Assembly (NCBI GenBank): GCA_010356995.1
Contig: ML996693.1
Span: forward strand, 1,116,001 to 1,180,000
DNA: 64,000 bases
Direction: 5' to 3'
From: Trichodelitschia bisporula
Taxonomy: Eukaryota
Notes under the pieces: model-generated
Seen by the model: only the letters and a program-made list of their open reading frames with translations
Told to the model about the DNA's origin: nothing
Database searches by the model: none
Shown: positions 14,232 through 27,165 of the stretch, in pieces
Layout: every line of letters begins with the position of its first letter
How positions within the stretch are numbered: position 1 is the first letter of the stretch
Translations under genes and position numbers: made by a program

Positions 14232-15529
14232 AATACTAACTGGGTGTTTGGGTGATTGCTTGGGGTCTTCATTGGTGTTTGCGACTACTTTGTCGGGCAT
14301 GTAGTTCTAGATACACCATGTATGTACAGATGCTAATAGTCGCGCAAACGTCGGGAGTCGGCGTCCGACGCGGCGCTTTCCACAAGCAACCTGGTAGCTT
14401 CGGCGCTGTATGTGAGGTTCGCGATCGGAGGCTGGGATTGCAGGCTAGGGCTGCGTGGGCTGATCTGTCTATCTGGCGAGGAGGGCCGCAACGGAATGGG
14501 TAGGGAGTGCGAATTGGGGCGGGCACGGACCGTGGATGGGACGGGTACATATTGGGATATCATACATGTAAAGCTAATCGACGTGAATAGAGGGCGAGAG
14601 AGAGGGAGAGAGATAGACGCTGACTAGCGGTGAGAATCGTTACTGGCATTGGAAGCGGGGGACTTGTTTCATATGTTTCACATCTGTAGTGACTTGCTAC
14701 CTCTTACCGGACTGCATACTTGCTACGACCAGCTTGTCACACGTGGTGTGTTTAAGTGTCGCGGGCGCGGCGCAGGGTTGGTGGGGGTTGGAGTTGAGGG
14801 GTGCTGTTGTTGCGACTGTGGCTTGCGCGGGGGTGAGAGAGGGTTAGAGCCACTCCTCCCCTTCTCGCGTGGGCCCCAGCCTTACCGCGTGTCTCCGGCC
14901 CGCCCGATTGGCGTGCCTGGCGGGGGTGCGGTTAGCGGGGAAGGGGAAGGGGTGCATCTGGCTCTTGGAGCTGTGAATAGTCTGGAAAGGGTGGATGAAG
15001 CTGCGATGGGAGCTCTGTTGAGAGCAGGACGGCGAATTGCGCTTCGGGCTGCGGACAGCCGACTCGGTAAGAGCAATCTGGAGCCGCACGGTTGCGGATG
15101 TTACTCGTGGGTTGTAAGGGAAGTGATGAGAGGGCGGGAGCGTCCAGCCCGCAAGCCCCTGGCGGAGGGGGCCCAGGCCAATATCTTTGACACCCGCACG
15201 CACCGCTGGGCCAATTTCATGCGGGGATGGTTTTGTGCTGGGGAAAGAGTGCATCTGGCCTTTTGAGGCTTGGGGCTTGGGGGCGCGGGGACTCGATATA
15301 CGGGCTTGCTCCGGTGGCGCGCGGAGAGCGGCGTTTGAACTCTTGGATGTGAAGCTGCGGACCTTATCGATTTGGAGATTTGGATTGCGTTGGCGCTGAC
15401 GAGCAGTTTATATACGCCCTCACGTCCCTGGGTTGAATCCTGGCGACTCCGGCCCCTGGAGCATACTTCGCATTCCTCCTTTCTCCCTAGCGTCGCAGAG
15501 CTACTGTGGTAGCCAGAACAGCCGCCACG

Positions 15530-16960
15530 ATGGTCAACCCCGCGAGCCTCTACGCCTCGCTCGCCTCCTCCCCGCACGCCTCCCTCGCCGACATGAAAGG
15601 CCTCTGCCCCGCCAGCTATCTCCACCTCGTCCCCGAGCTGTACAAATGCGGCGCCTCGCCCGAGATCTTCGTCGCGCGTGGCGGCGACCACTCGCCCTGG
15701 ACATCAGTCCCGCAGTGCGTGCCCAGCACAACGGGCGCACGGTACTGCGCGTTTACCAACAAGGACTTCGCCGAGGGGCGGGGTATCGCCATTGTTACGA
15801 CTCCTGCCGTGGCGGAGGAGTTGGCTAAGAAGCCGGCGTTTGCGGATCCGGTGTCTATTGCGGGCATGAATGATCTTGTGAATCCGCCGTGGGGGCCGCC
15901 GGCGTATGAGATGCGCCCGTTGGCGGGGAGGGGGTTTGGGATGATTGCGAATCGGACGATTGTGAGGGGGGAGCGGTTGATGCAGGAGACGCCGAGTTTT
16001 ATTGTCGATCGGGATATGTTCGACAGTGTGGCGGATGAGAATCGGCTTCCGTTGCAGTGGAATGCGGTTTATCAGTTGCCGGAGGTGACGAGGGAGGAGT
16101 TTCTGGCTCTGCATAAGCATGCGGGGGGGGATGAGATTGATGATGTTATGCGCACGAATGCGTTTGGTGCGTATTATGGGGATGAGTTTTCGCTGCATAA
16201 TAATGTGCTGCCGCGCATTTCGGTGAGTGTTGCTGGCTTGGGTTGGGGTGTTTGGGACGAGGCTAATAATGGGCACAGCGCTTCAATCACGATTGTCGCC
16301 CGAACGCGCATTACTACTTCGACCCCGACACCATGACGCAGTACGTCCACGCCGTGCGGGACATCTACCCCGGCGAGGAAATCCTGATCAATTGTACCAT
16401 CCCCCCCAGTTCCCATTCCCATCCCGACCCATCTAACCCCCCCAGACACGGACTCCGAATACACCTTCGCCCAACGCCAACACGCCATCCACCTCTCCTG
16501 GGGTTTCAACTGCACCTGCAGCATCTGCCGCCAACCCGCGGACCAAATCGCCGCCTCCGACGACCGCCTCGGGCAAATCGCCGTGCTCCGCGACGCGCTC
16601 AACGACTGGACCACCATATCCCCGCACCGCGCCCAAGACGCAGAGCTCCTCGTCGCGCTGTACGAAATGGAGCGGCTGCACGTCCCGGTCGCAAGCGGGT
16701 ACGAAGCCGCGGCATATGCATGGGCGGTGAGGGGCGATGAGGCGCGCACGCGGATGTGGGCGGCGAAGGCGGTGGAGGCGATGACGATTCTGTATGGGGG
16801 GGATCATGAGCTGACGAAGGATTTGGGGGTGTTGATGCGCGATCCGAAGAACCATCGCACGTGGCTTTATAAGGGGCCGCAGGAGGGGGGGATTGAGAGT
16901 GGTGAGACAAGGCAGAAGGGGCAGAAGGAGGCGGAGCCGAGTAAGTGGAGCTTTTTCTAG
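15530..16960 (+). CDS. SET-domain lysine methyltransferase (Set5/SMYD-like fungal class); exons 15530-16222, 16279-16393, 16446-16960
   Basis: GRGFGMIANRTI; spliced SRFNHDCRPN; AVRDIYPGEEILINY; post-SET WGFNCTCSIC; helical C-terminus. Confidence 0.88.
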
Positions 16961-17159
16961 AGGGATGAAGGGTGAGATTGGATATATGTGTTGTATGTAA
17001 GTTAGCTAGAGCGGCGTCTGGCGTTGGCAGGGAGGCGCAATTCAAAAGTCCATATCTCCTCTCAGCCCTGCGTGAGCCTGCGGGCCCGGCCCGGCCCAGA
17101 CCAGGGTCCGCACATCGACGCCCCTCTCAACCTCGACATCACACCTCCAACCGACCACT

Positions 17160-18031
17160 ATGCCGCCCACCCACGTCCTCATCCCCGGCGGCACCCGCGG
17201 AATCGGCGCCGCCATAAGCGCCGCCTTCCTCGCCCTCCACCCCTCAACCCACGTAACAACCCTCTCGCGCAACCCACCCTCCAGTTCGGACCCGCGCCTC
17301 AAACACCTGGCATTCGACATCAGCGCGCCGACATGGTCAGCCCTGCTCAAGTCCATCCCACCGCCCGACGTGCTCGTCAACGCAGCGGGTGTAACGCACG
17401 CGTCGCTGCTGCTCCGCACGGAGGAGGATGTGCTGGATGCGGTGCTGGATACGAATCTACGGGGCACGATGGTGGCGTGTAAGGAGGTTGGAAAGGCGAT
17501 GGTGAGCGCGGGGAGGGGGCGAGGCGCAGGGCGGGGGTGTATTGTCAATGTTAGCAGTTTGCTCGGGGTGAGGGGGGGGAGGGGGGCGGCGGTTTATGCG
17601 GCGAGTAAGGCGGGGGTTATTGGTACGTTGGGTTCTGCAATTCTTCGAGGTATAGGGTTGGATAGGCGAGCGGCTAATCATGGCAGGCTTGACGCGAGCG
17701 CTGGCGCTGGAGTTGGGGCCGTCGGGCGTGCGGGTCAATTGCATAGTGCCCGGGTACGTGGAGACGAGGATGACGGCAGGTAAGTTGACGAAATTCTATT
17801 TTGGCGGTGGTCTAGCTACCATACCCCACTTCCAGCGCGACTAACAACGTAGACATGGGTCCCGAGACAAAGAAGGGTATCCTCTCGAAGATACCGCTCG
17901 GCCGCTTTGGCAGACCCGAAGAGATTGCCGAAGCAGCCGTGTTTCTGGCCACAAACCAGTACGCTAACAATTGTGTGATAAATCTGGATGGCGGGTTGAG
18001 CGCTGGCGTGGGTAGATCCGAGACACGTTGA
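17160..18031 (+). CDS. Short-chain dehydrogenase, 3-oxoacyl-ACP reductase-like (FabG/Oar1/CBR4); exons 17160-17622, 17687-17779, 17853-18031
   Basis: PGGTRGIG NAD(P)-binding motif, VLVNAAGV, catalytic YAASK, VRVNCIVPGYVET, IPLGRFGRPEEIA, NLDGG. Confidence 0.88.
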
Positions 18032-18233
18032 CGTCGCTGATGGCGCAGATATGAATGCTTGTTGTACATCCTCAGAACGCCATGCCAGTAACCGAACGCC
18101 CAAACTCCTCAGAGATCACGTAAATGTCAAGTCCACATCCTCACAGTTACACCATTGTCAGCTGGAATCAGAGTCGGAAATCTCCATTGATTAGACTCCC
18201 ACAAGCATGACGTATGATGCTTGAAAGTGCCGT

Positions 18234-20406
18234 CTAATCGTCGTCAATGAAAATGGCTCCATTGTGCGTGTCATCAAGGATGGGTTCGTCGAGGACAATG
18301 CCCTTGGTCCGGATAACAGGGGCCTGGTTCTGGCCATCATCGACGAGGTCCATGTCCTTGGTTCGCTTGACAGGGGCCCCGTTCTCGCCATCATCATCGT
18401 CGAGGTCTCGCTTACGCTTGTTGGCAGAACCGTTGGAAGGGCCATTCGTAATGCCATTGGTGGCGCCGTTGGCAGCGTCATTGGTGATGCCGTTGGTAGC
18501 GCCATTGGTCATGCCATGCGCGGATACGGGAGGAACTGGACGCTTAGGAATTTCAACTTGCTCCTGAAGCTCAATGGAGAATGAAAAGTTCTCCCTGCGG
18601 GTGGTTAGTTTGCATAAGAAAGGTATTAGGGAAACGGACCGAGTGACAACGGCAAGCTCAAGGTCAACGCGAGGCTCATCCTCACTAAGATCGTGAATAG
18701 TGATAAACCGCATCTCCTTGAGGCCGAACTGCCCAAACGTCTTGTTGAGGTTGTCCTCCCACTCTTCATCATCCTCTTCACCGAAATTGCTGTCGCGTTC
18801 GTAGATGATGCCAGAGCCGTTCATCACGCTGAAATCGGAGTAACCGAGTTCGCGTATGAGGACATCCTTGACAAGCAGACCGAGAGTAGCCGTCTTGGGA
18901 TATATGAACAGCAGCATCCGCGCGACGCTGCAGACATGGCAATCTCGATTAGGCGGGCGGACGACGCGCTCAGCAGACAAGGACTTGTCGGCCGATCTGT
19001 TAGTGAACACCATGGGGGCCTTGTGGATATCGCCGCGCAGGACCTTAAGGCCCTCCAGCACGCAGAGCCCAGCCACGATGGCGTTGGTGGTTGCAATGGC
19101 GGGGATGATGTTGCCAGCCATTTCTATAGGTGTGAGAAGCGCCCACATATGGGGCAGATAACTCACGCTTGATGGTGAACTTGCTCTGCGGCTTGATGCC
19201 GAAGACGTGGGCACGAAGGTTCGCGCTGGCTACGACGAAATCAAGCGTATCTACGTCGTCCTTGTCAAACTCTATCACCGTCTCACCATCAAGAAACCGT
19301 TTTTGAAGTCGCCGAATGCTATTGTCAAAGGCAACATAGCTCTCCCAGGGAGACCAGATCCTCTGATCCTGCTGCGTGAGGGCATCCCCGCCGTCCTCCG
19401 GCAACTTCTCTTGTTCCCCAAATTCCGACGGCAGTGGTGTTGGCGGTGCCCGGCTCTTCCACATGTCCTTCATGTCGCGCAAACGCTTTATGTCCTCGGA
19501 AAATACCCTGGTGAAGACCTCTTTGGAGAAATTGTCGCTGTCCCTATGGCTGACGACTTGCCTCAGCAACTCCGCCTCACCTTTCAGGTTTTTGATCTCG
19601 TCGGCGTCGCCTTCGGTGTCGGCAGCAAGCGCCTCCATAGCCTCGCTGACACCGAAGAGCTCGGTAAGCAGGTAGCTTTTCGCCCAGACAATGCAGTGGA
19701 TGAGCTGAGAGGGTGTGCTCCGTATCGTGCACACAGGGAAGGTCTTCGGGGTCTCTTTCTGCGTGCAATCGTAGCACTCCGTAATGCCCTGCCTATGTTA
19801 GCCTATGTTCCATCAATCACTCGCATGTGCATGCGCACCCTCTTGATGGCCTGGACATTCCCCTCAAACCCGGTTGTCCCGCTCTCCACCAGGGGCACAT
19901 TGGCCGCGATGCACATCCGGTTCACATGCCGGCGTGCATCGAGGTTATCCAGCGCATTGAAAATGACCGTAAACCCCCGGAACCAATTTACGTCGAATTG
20001 TAGTGACTTGATGTCATCGTGGAGTGCGGTGATCTTGACCTCTGGGTTGAACTTGCCCGCCGATTCCTTTGCAATCTGCATTCCACGTCAGTTATCATCA
20101 CTGTGTCATCGCGGTATACGCACGAGAGCTTTAGACTTCTTGATGTGCTCGCGCCTGAAGAGGAATTGCCGATTCAAGTTCGACAGATCTATCGTGTCAA
20201 GATCCACCACAGTGACGTCGCCAAAGCCGCTCAGAGTGAGGTTCTTCAGCAGCTCGCAGCCGATGCCGCCAGCGCCCACTAAGAGAACACGCGACTATCT
20301 CAAAGTCAGTACACGCCATCGTGTAAGCTGGAGGGCAACGAACGTCGCGGATCTGCTCGGCGAGTGGCAATCCAAACGCCCGTTGGTAATAGGTGCGACG
20401 GCCCAT
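18234..20406 (-). CDS. UBA2: SUMO-activating enzyme E1 subunit 2, multi-exon
   Basis: [50 protein letters not shown], catalytic [38 protein letters not shown]. The C-terminal tail carries TNGA/TNGI 12-bp repeats (~18420-18515). Confidence 0.95.
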
Positions 20407-21043
20407 GACGGCGCGAGGAGGGTTGAACGCAAGACAAGAAGTGGTATGGTAGAAAAGATGGGGTGGATGGGGGGATAAAGGAAGCGGGATGAGGCTACGG
20501 TTCTGCGCGCGTCCGCGTTTGTACTGCAGTTTACGATGATCGCAAGGCGACAGGCGTCAAGGCAGCCGGCGCCATGGATGATGAGGCGCCAAGACGCATG
20601 GCTGACAGGGGTTCTGACAAGATTACCCAGAAAAGTGATAGCCGCTCTGCCTGCCGTCTTTTCGGACGAGAGCAGTCACGACATTTCCGCGCGGCCCTTG
20701 ATCGAACCGGCCCCCCCCTCCCGATCTGTACGTCTGTACAGAGTGCTCTGCTCTCTTCGTACATTCCATGAATATTTACTACTTTGACCCACCTCTTCTG
20801 TCATTCCTTTACCTTCTTTGTGTTGGACTTCCCGTCTGAAGGGTCTGTTGACGCCTTTCCGCTTCCTAAGTTCGCATCTTCCGTGCTGGAATCTGGAGGG
20901 AATATCAATCTCATGCTTCTAGACGTACCATCCAAAGCTTGCTCCTGAAGTGAAAGATCTCTCTTGGTCTGTGACTCTCGGATACAGCTTCTTGCAATCC
21001 GCCAAGCCTTTGCTGTAGCCAGATATCTGCCGGTTCAGTCGTC

Positions 21044-22321
21044 ATGTCAGACGACGACGTAGACCACGAGCTCCTTGCTCTTCTCCGGCAATCCCTTGGG
21101 CTTGGACCGCCCGATGCCAATGCTCCGCCAGAAACCAAAGTCCTGGACCACGCCCGCTACGTGTATGACAACAGCATTGATGTCGCGCTTGATATGCGTG
21201 GCACCAAGGGAGCTGCAGAACTGATATGGAATCAGATGCAGAAGAAAGAGTACAATATCAAGACTTGGAGTGAACATGAGCTCCACCCTAAGGCAAAGGA
21301 TGAAAGCACTGTGAACTTCATTTTTACCATGGACTTGCTGAACTTTTCTTTTTTCTCTGAGAGTGCACCTGGCGAGGGCTTTGCTGTTGAGTACAAAGAT
21401 AAGCGGTGGACAGGGTACTGGAGCCTGGTGGCCGCATTGCAACGGGCGTTGGATGAAGGTACGGCTCGAGTATGTTCCCTAAGTGGTGCTGATTGAGAGA
21501 AGGGATTCCCTTTACCTCTTCGTCATTCTGGCATGACGAAGAAGAGTGCACCGAGGAGGTGTACCGTAAAGTGTTCCGGTCAGCAACAGAAGAGGAAATT
21601 CCCCTACTCAAGCAACGGATAGCGGTTATGCAGGAAGCAGCAGAAGTCCTATGCCGGGTAAGTGCGTCTTCGGCTTGATGTTCACGGCTAACCCTGCAGT
21701 ACTTTGACGGTGATGTGTTGAATCTCTTGTCCAAGGCGAACCACTCAGCAGCCGGCCTCGTAAATTTGCTGGCAGAGTACTTCCCCTGCTTCCGTGATGA
21801 AACTCGGTTCGAGGGGAAGAAAGTACGCTTTTTGAAGCGCGCCCAGATTTTCGTGGCAGACCTTTGGGCCGCATTTGAAGGCGAAGGTTATGGGCAATTT
21901 AACGATATCGACAAGATCACCATGTTTGCCGGTAAGCTGCTCGTCGATTACCGGTAAGACTTTATCTGACCCGACTTGCAGACTATCGGATTCCTCAAGT
22001 GCTGCATACCCTTGGCTGTATGATATACAGCCCAATTCTCGAGCGGACGGTGCGGAGAAAAGAGTTGATTGCATCTGGCCATAGCTGGGAACTCCAGATA
22101 CGAGGTTCGAAGCTTTATATTTCCTCATCCGGCGCTAATCATATTCAGGTTGTACCATCTGGTGTGTTGAACTTATACGGTGCGAGATTGTCACGAAGCA
22201 CCCAGAGGCAAAAGTGAACGCCATATTGATTGATTTCTTTCTCTATGATACCATGAAGGAACTTGAGGCGGCAGGCCATGACAGCATACCCCATCATCGC
22301 ACGAGGTCGATATGGTATTGA
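21044..22321 (+). CDS. QNG1: Queuosine salvage protein / Q-nucleotide N-glycosylase (DUF2419, C9orf64 family), multi-exon
   Basis: HELHPK, FTMDLLNFSF, WTGYWSLVAAL, FPCFRDE, FLKRAQIFVADLW, TMFADYRIPQ, ELQIRGC, IDFFLYD, C-terminal PHHRTRSIWY*. Confidence 0.9.
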
Positions 22322-22434
22322 GTTCACTGGCATTCTGTTCCTTTCTGAAGAGGCTGGGTGAACGGAGCAGTCCGCAGTTAATTAATGATCTGTCTGCCGT
22401 TTTGATGCCTCATCCTTGACGCTGACTGGACTTT

Positions 22435-22728
22435 GGGCAGAGCCAAATGGATACCAGTTTGGGTGAAGACGGGAGAAACTATAACGACACAGGCTTCACT
22501 TCTAGACGAGGATGGTAAGGTGACGGAAGAAGTGGAAGGATGTTAGGGAGTCTGAGAGGCCATTGACCTGAGGGCAGATTTAAACAAGCTCGCGTCGGAA
22601 CGATATTCCCAGGCTCCCTAGCATCCTTCCATTTCTTCGTAACCTTACCCTCATTGTCTAGAAGTGAAGCCTGGATCCTTATCGCTTCTGCTGTCTTCGC
22701 CCAACCCGGTATCCGTTTGGCTCTGCCC
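22435..22728. repeat. Long imperfect inverted repeat (arms ~22435-22556 and ~22608-22728, ~50-nt spacer)
   Basis: Left arm gggcagagccaaatggatacc...caggcttcacttctagac...tggaaggatgttagggagtctg is the reverse complement of the right arm, with about 19 substitutions and 1 indel over ~122 bp by hand alignment. Confidence 0.95.
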
Positions 22729-23059
22729 CTGAAATCCCACTCAGTGCCCCCCTCCCAACATTCTTCTCCTTCTCGACAAAGGGAGGCTTGACCTTTATGA
22801 TAACTGAACAGAGAAGAAAACTTTATAATAATGTGTGTGGAAGCAAGCCATATATACGGTATACGCTATGTGGTCATGTGATGTTACTGTGATAGTACAG
22901 TAGAGCCAAGCCGCCTCTCAATGGTCTTGAGCTTGCGGACACGTGCTCACGCGGATTCGCGGGCGGCGATTGGAGTTCTGGCAGCGCGCGACATCTCTCG
23001 CTACCACTCTCGCGGCGACGTACGAAACTTCATCACTTCCCGTCCACCCATCCGCAGCT

Positions 23060-24233
23060 ATGAACAAGTCCATAGAAGTTGACCTCCTGAGCCTTCTCCC
23101 GGAAATAGGCACCATTCCACCGGAACTCCAGAACCTCGCCGCATCATTCATCGCCCAGTCTCGCAGCAAGGCGAGCCTGAAACCAGACGAAGAAATCGCG
23201 CGCGGTTATGCCTGCGCAAACCTAGCTTGCGAAAGGTGCGGAGGTCTGGCCGAGTGAAAGAGTCGCAGCTGAAAATACCAGACTCAAACAGAAACTAGAC
23301 CTTCCTCGAATCACACCTCACCCGCCATGCCCTCCCCGCATCTACAAGAAAGTCTTCGCATACCTGAGTTCTTCCCTCACTATCCAGCCCGTACGACAAA
23401 ACCTCGACGGGCCAAGTGCACCATCAACGCCTTCAAAACGACGTATTGAATCAAGGAGCGCGGCAAATACACCACAGAAGCCGCAGACGCCCAGGGCGCT
23501 GCCGGATAAGCAAAAGGAGAATGGCGGCATGGTGGGGATGCCAGAGTGGGTTATGCCTGCTATACGTGCAGTGTGCAAGACCCTTAGGTTCCCTAACGCT
23601 GCACCTCACGTCTTCTCCGGCGTTGCGTCTGTCGTTGCATATCTGAGGGAGCAGAAGGCCGAGGCTGGGCCTCAAGGTCCGCGGAAGCGCGGTCGTCCGT
23701 CCAAGGCCGAGACGGCTGCTCTGCTCGCATCTTCGTTTGATGAAAAGCATATGCCTGCGCTCATTGCTGTCATTGCGTTTTATACAAAGTCCGAGCTCTA
23801 CGAAGCACCTACACCGGACCAATACACCGAACAACGGCGGCTCACCGTGGAAACTCTCGCTCCGTTCGACCCTGCGGAGAACACTGAACTGCAAATGATC
23901 ATTGACATTGAGAAGTTCATGCGTCAGGCTCAGTCTGGGTGGCTAGATATGGACTGGTACCGTAATTTGCGGAACGTTGACCGTGAGGATGCCGTAAATG
24001 CCGGGTCTGAAGGAGGCCCTATGGATGTGGACGAAGATGATCGTGATCTGAGGAGGAAGCGGAAGCAAGTGGCAGACGGTGATACTGAGGATATTGCCAA
24101 CCAACGCTCCGGCACGATGATGGTAGGGGCAACGAGATGGTTGAGTGAAAGGCAGAAGGAAGACTACAGGGAGTGGAAGTCTCGAATTCTTGCAGAGATG
24201 GAGCGGGTCGAAGCGACAGTTCGTGCAGTTTAG
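23060..24233 (+). CDS. ORC6: Origin recognition complex subunit 6; intron 23236-23282
   Basis: AQSRSKASLKPDEEIARGYACANLACERLK, PPCPPRIYKK, C-terminal GTMM...WLS...DYREWKSRIL typical of filamentous-fungal Orc6. Confidence 0.85.
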
Positions 24234-24719
24234 GATACCAAACTTAATCCCATGTACCGGTGCAGAGCATATCAAGATAGCTGCTACCGGGGAGTTTCAC
24301 AGCAGCGCAACACGCCACTTCTTCGCTCTGGCAGCTGTGGAGCTTGTCATTTTTGTCGATCTAGATCCGATCGACATTACGCAACCACGGCTTCCACCAC
24401 CAGTAAATCTCTCACGAGCCTCCAGCTACCATACCGTAGAGATCTCGTAGCCAGTAACCGGTTCCTGTTCATCGCTCTCGGGATCTCAGCTTGCAGCAAG
24501 CGCGAGCCAATGCCGCGCGCAGGGGTTCTCCACCCCCCCGCACATACTCCATTTCCACTGAACCGCTTCCTCCGCATTTTCCGCATTTCCGCAATTCCGC
24601 GCATGGCTTACGGAGATCTATCGCAGCCTTAGTGCCCGAGGGCGGTCCCAAGCAACCCTGAAGCTCCACCTCCACCTCTTACTTCCTCATACATTCATTC
24701 CTACTGGCTGTCTGAAAGC

Positions 24720-27165
24720 ATGGAGGATGAGGGAAATCCGACGGTCAGTCCTGAAGGCACGCCTCCTCCCAAGCGCAAGCTTTCCGAGGGCCCGCAGCAG
24801 CAGCGGGCGAAGCGCAACCGCTACATCTCCATCGCATGGTAAGATCGTCACCGAATCACCTTACTTCGCGGAAGAAAGCCGCTGATAAACTGTCAGCAAT
24901 GAATGCAAGCGGCGCAAGATCAAGTGCAACGGCCAAACACCTTGTCATCGCTGCGGCAATTTGCAGCTCGAATGCTTGTATGCGCCCAACTGCTGTAACA
25001 ACTTCAAGGACTCCAAGTAAGCGCATCTGGGCTACGGGGTGGCATAACGCTGAGATGGTCAAGGGAGTTCAAGGACATGTTGGGGCACATCTCGTCCCTG
25101 CAGAAGCAGGTCGACACCCTCTTCTCGAACATGAATGCGCTACGCAGCCAGATCGACTCCCAAACTACACCACCTGTGGGCTCGTCACCATACAGTTTGC
25201 ACTCGCTCCCGCGCTCCATATCCACGGCCCAGCCTTCGAATTCGGCCTCCTCTGGCCTGTCTCACGCTCGGTACCCCTCAAATGTGCAATTACACCCCAA
25301 CTTCCGCGGTCCGACTAGTTCGGCATTCAACATCGGCGTCGCGAAGACCAGCCTACAAAATATGGGCATCACAGAACCCGATGAGGGACTGGAGGAGGGT
25401 GGTACAACGCAAGACGGGACACCTTCGGTCAGCCCCCAGCGGAGCCAGTCTTCACGGCTGAACTCCAGCGAATGCCTCAAGTCGCACAAGGATGCGATCT
25501 GGATGATCAACAAGCCAGAGGCCATCAGGCTGCTCAACTTCTGGTACGATGAGATGGGTACCATGTACCCGCTGCTCGACATCGATCGGGTCATGAAACA
25601 CGCCTCGCGGCTGTATGATTTTGTCGATGCTGCGCGGCGGACGGGCTTGATGGAGCCGGGCATGCGAGGAGCAGATGCCATACACGACGACAACACGATA
25701 TTGCTAAAGCTATTGATAGCTATCGCTATGATTCTGGAGGGTAGCGGTAAGAGTGACCCCGGACAGAAGATGTTCGATGGAATCCGGCCGCAGATCGAGG
25801 GATTGCTCTTCAATACTCCTACCATCCAAGGTGTCCGCATCCTTGCCCTATCTGTACGTTGGTCCCATGTTTTAGAAGTGTCCTCTGACGTGACTAGGCA
25901 ATGTACAGCTTCCACCGCGATGACGAAGGTGCCGCATGGCGGATGATTGGCGCCGCCTCGCTGATGTGCATTGAGCTCGGCCTTCACCGACACGAGACAT
26001 ATTCACAGCTCTTCTCGACAGAAGAAGAGAAGATGGCCGGGGTGGATCTGTTTTGGTCGGTGTATGTCTTGGACCGACGGTGGAGTTTTGGGACAGGACT
26101 GCCCTTCACGATTCAAGATGCCGATCTTGACCCAATGTTGATCAAGCCGGCGGTATGTATAGTTCTAATCTCGCTGAAAGTATATGCTGACATTCTCAGC
26201 CGGATGCAACGCCATATCTAGCAGCAATGGTAGCGTACAGCATCATCGGCACTAGGGTTTGGCAACGGGTTGCGAACTTGGATGCGCAACAAGCAGGCGA
26301 CAGCGTCGAGGAGGTGAGCTACCTCGACTACCAGGTTCTACAATGGCAGAATAACCTTCCCGACTCTCTGACATATATCGCCCCTGGGGCTGCTCATCCT
26401 AATCCGCCAACCAGCAGAAACAACCAGCGACTTCGCATAATACTATACCTTCGCGCGAACCAGATGCGCATCGTCATCTACCGCCCCGTGCTGCACACCA
26501 GTACCAGCATTGCAGAACGTATGAGCCATGCTAAGACGGCAGTGGCTGTAGCGCAGGACACGATCCGTGTGTTAACGCTCATGAATCAGACGACCAACTT
26601 TTACCGGTCCCATCAGGTCATGTTCAACTATTTTCTGGTTTCCGCTCTGGCCGTCCTGTTCCTTGCCGTTGCACACGCGCCGGTCGAATTCAGCTCCTGC
26701 TGCCGGGACGAATTCTACATGGCACTCGATCTCGTGCGTGGCATGTCAGCCGACTCGTACGTGTCGAAGCGGCTGTGGAAGATGATCAAGATGCTCAAAG
26801 ACCTGGGACCGCGACTAGGGCTCAATGTACGCAACACAGCGCTCGACCCGGTGGTGGATGCGCATTCCACGGCAGCCGTGGCGATGGCTGGTTTGGCTGG
26901 GCACCAGGTGGACGAAATGGCATTGTACGCGAACGGAACTTCGGGGATCGCCATGAACAATGATAGTCCGAACGGCATGGCTAACGATCTGACGAGCCTG
27001 TTCGAGGCGGCGGGAGGCAGCTATGCGGGTATCATGGCAGGGGGTAGCGGGGGCGGGTACATGACTGCAGGGCCGGGTGCCGACGGGGTCAGTGGGGAGG
27101 GGCTTGGATCGGTGTTTGGGAACCAGGACGAGATTTCGAGGATACTGGGGAGTCTGTTTCGGTAG
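24720..27165 (+). CDS. Zn(II)2Cys6 transcription factor with fungal-specific TF (middle homology) domain, multi-exon
   Basis: Splicing (introns 24839-24896, 25017-25063) gives RAKRNRYISIACNECKRRKIKCNGQTPCHRCGNLQLEC; later ELGLHR...LFWSVYVLDRRWSFGTGLP. Confidence 0.9.

Noticed and set aside
14333..14700. Possible small spliced gene on the - strand after PRP43
   Set aside because: Splice-like signals exist, but I could not build a convincing start or recognisable product.
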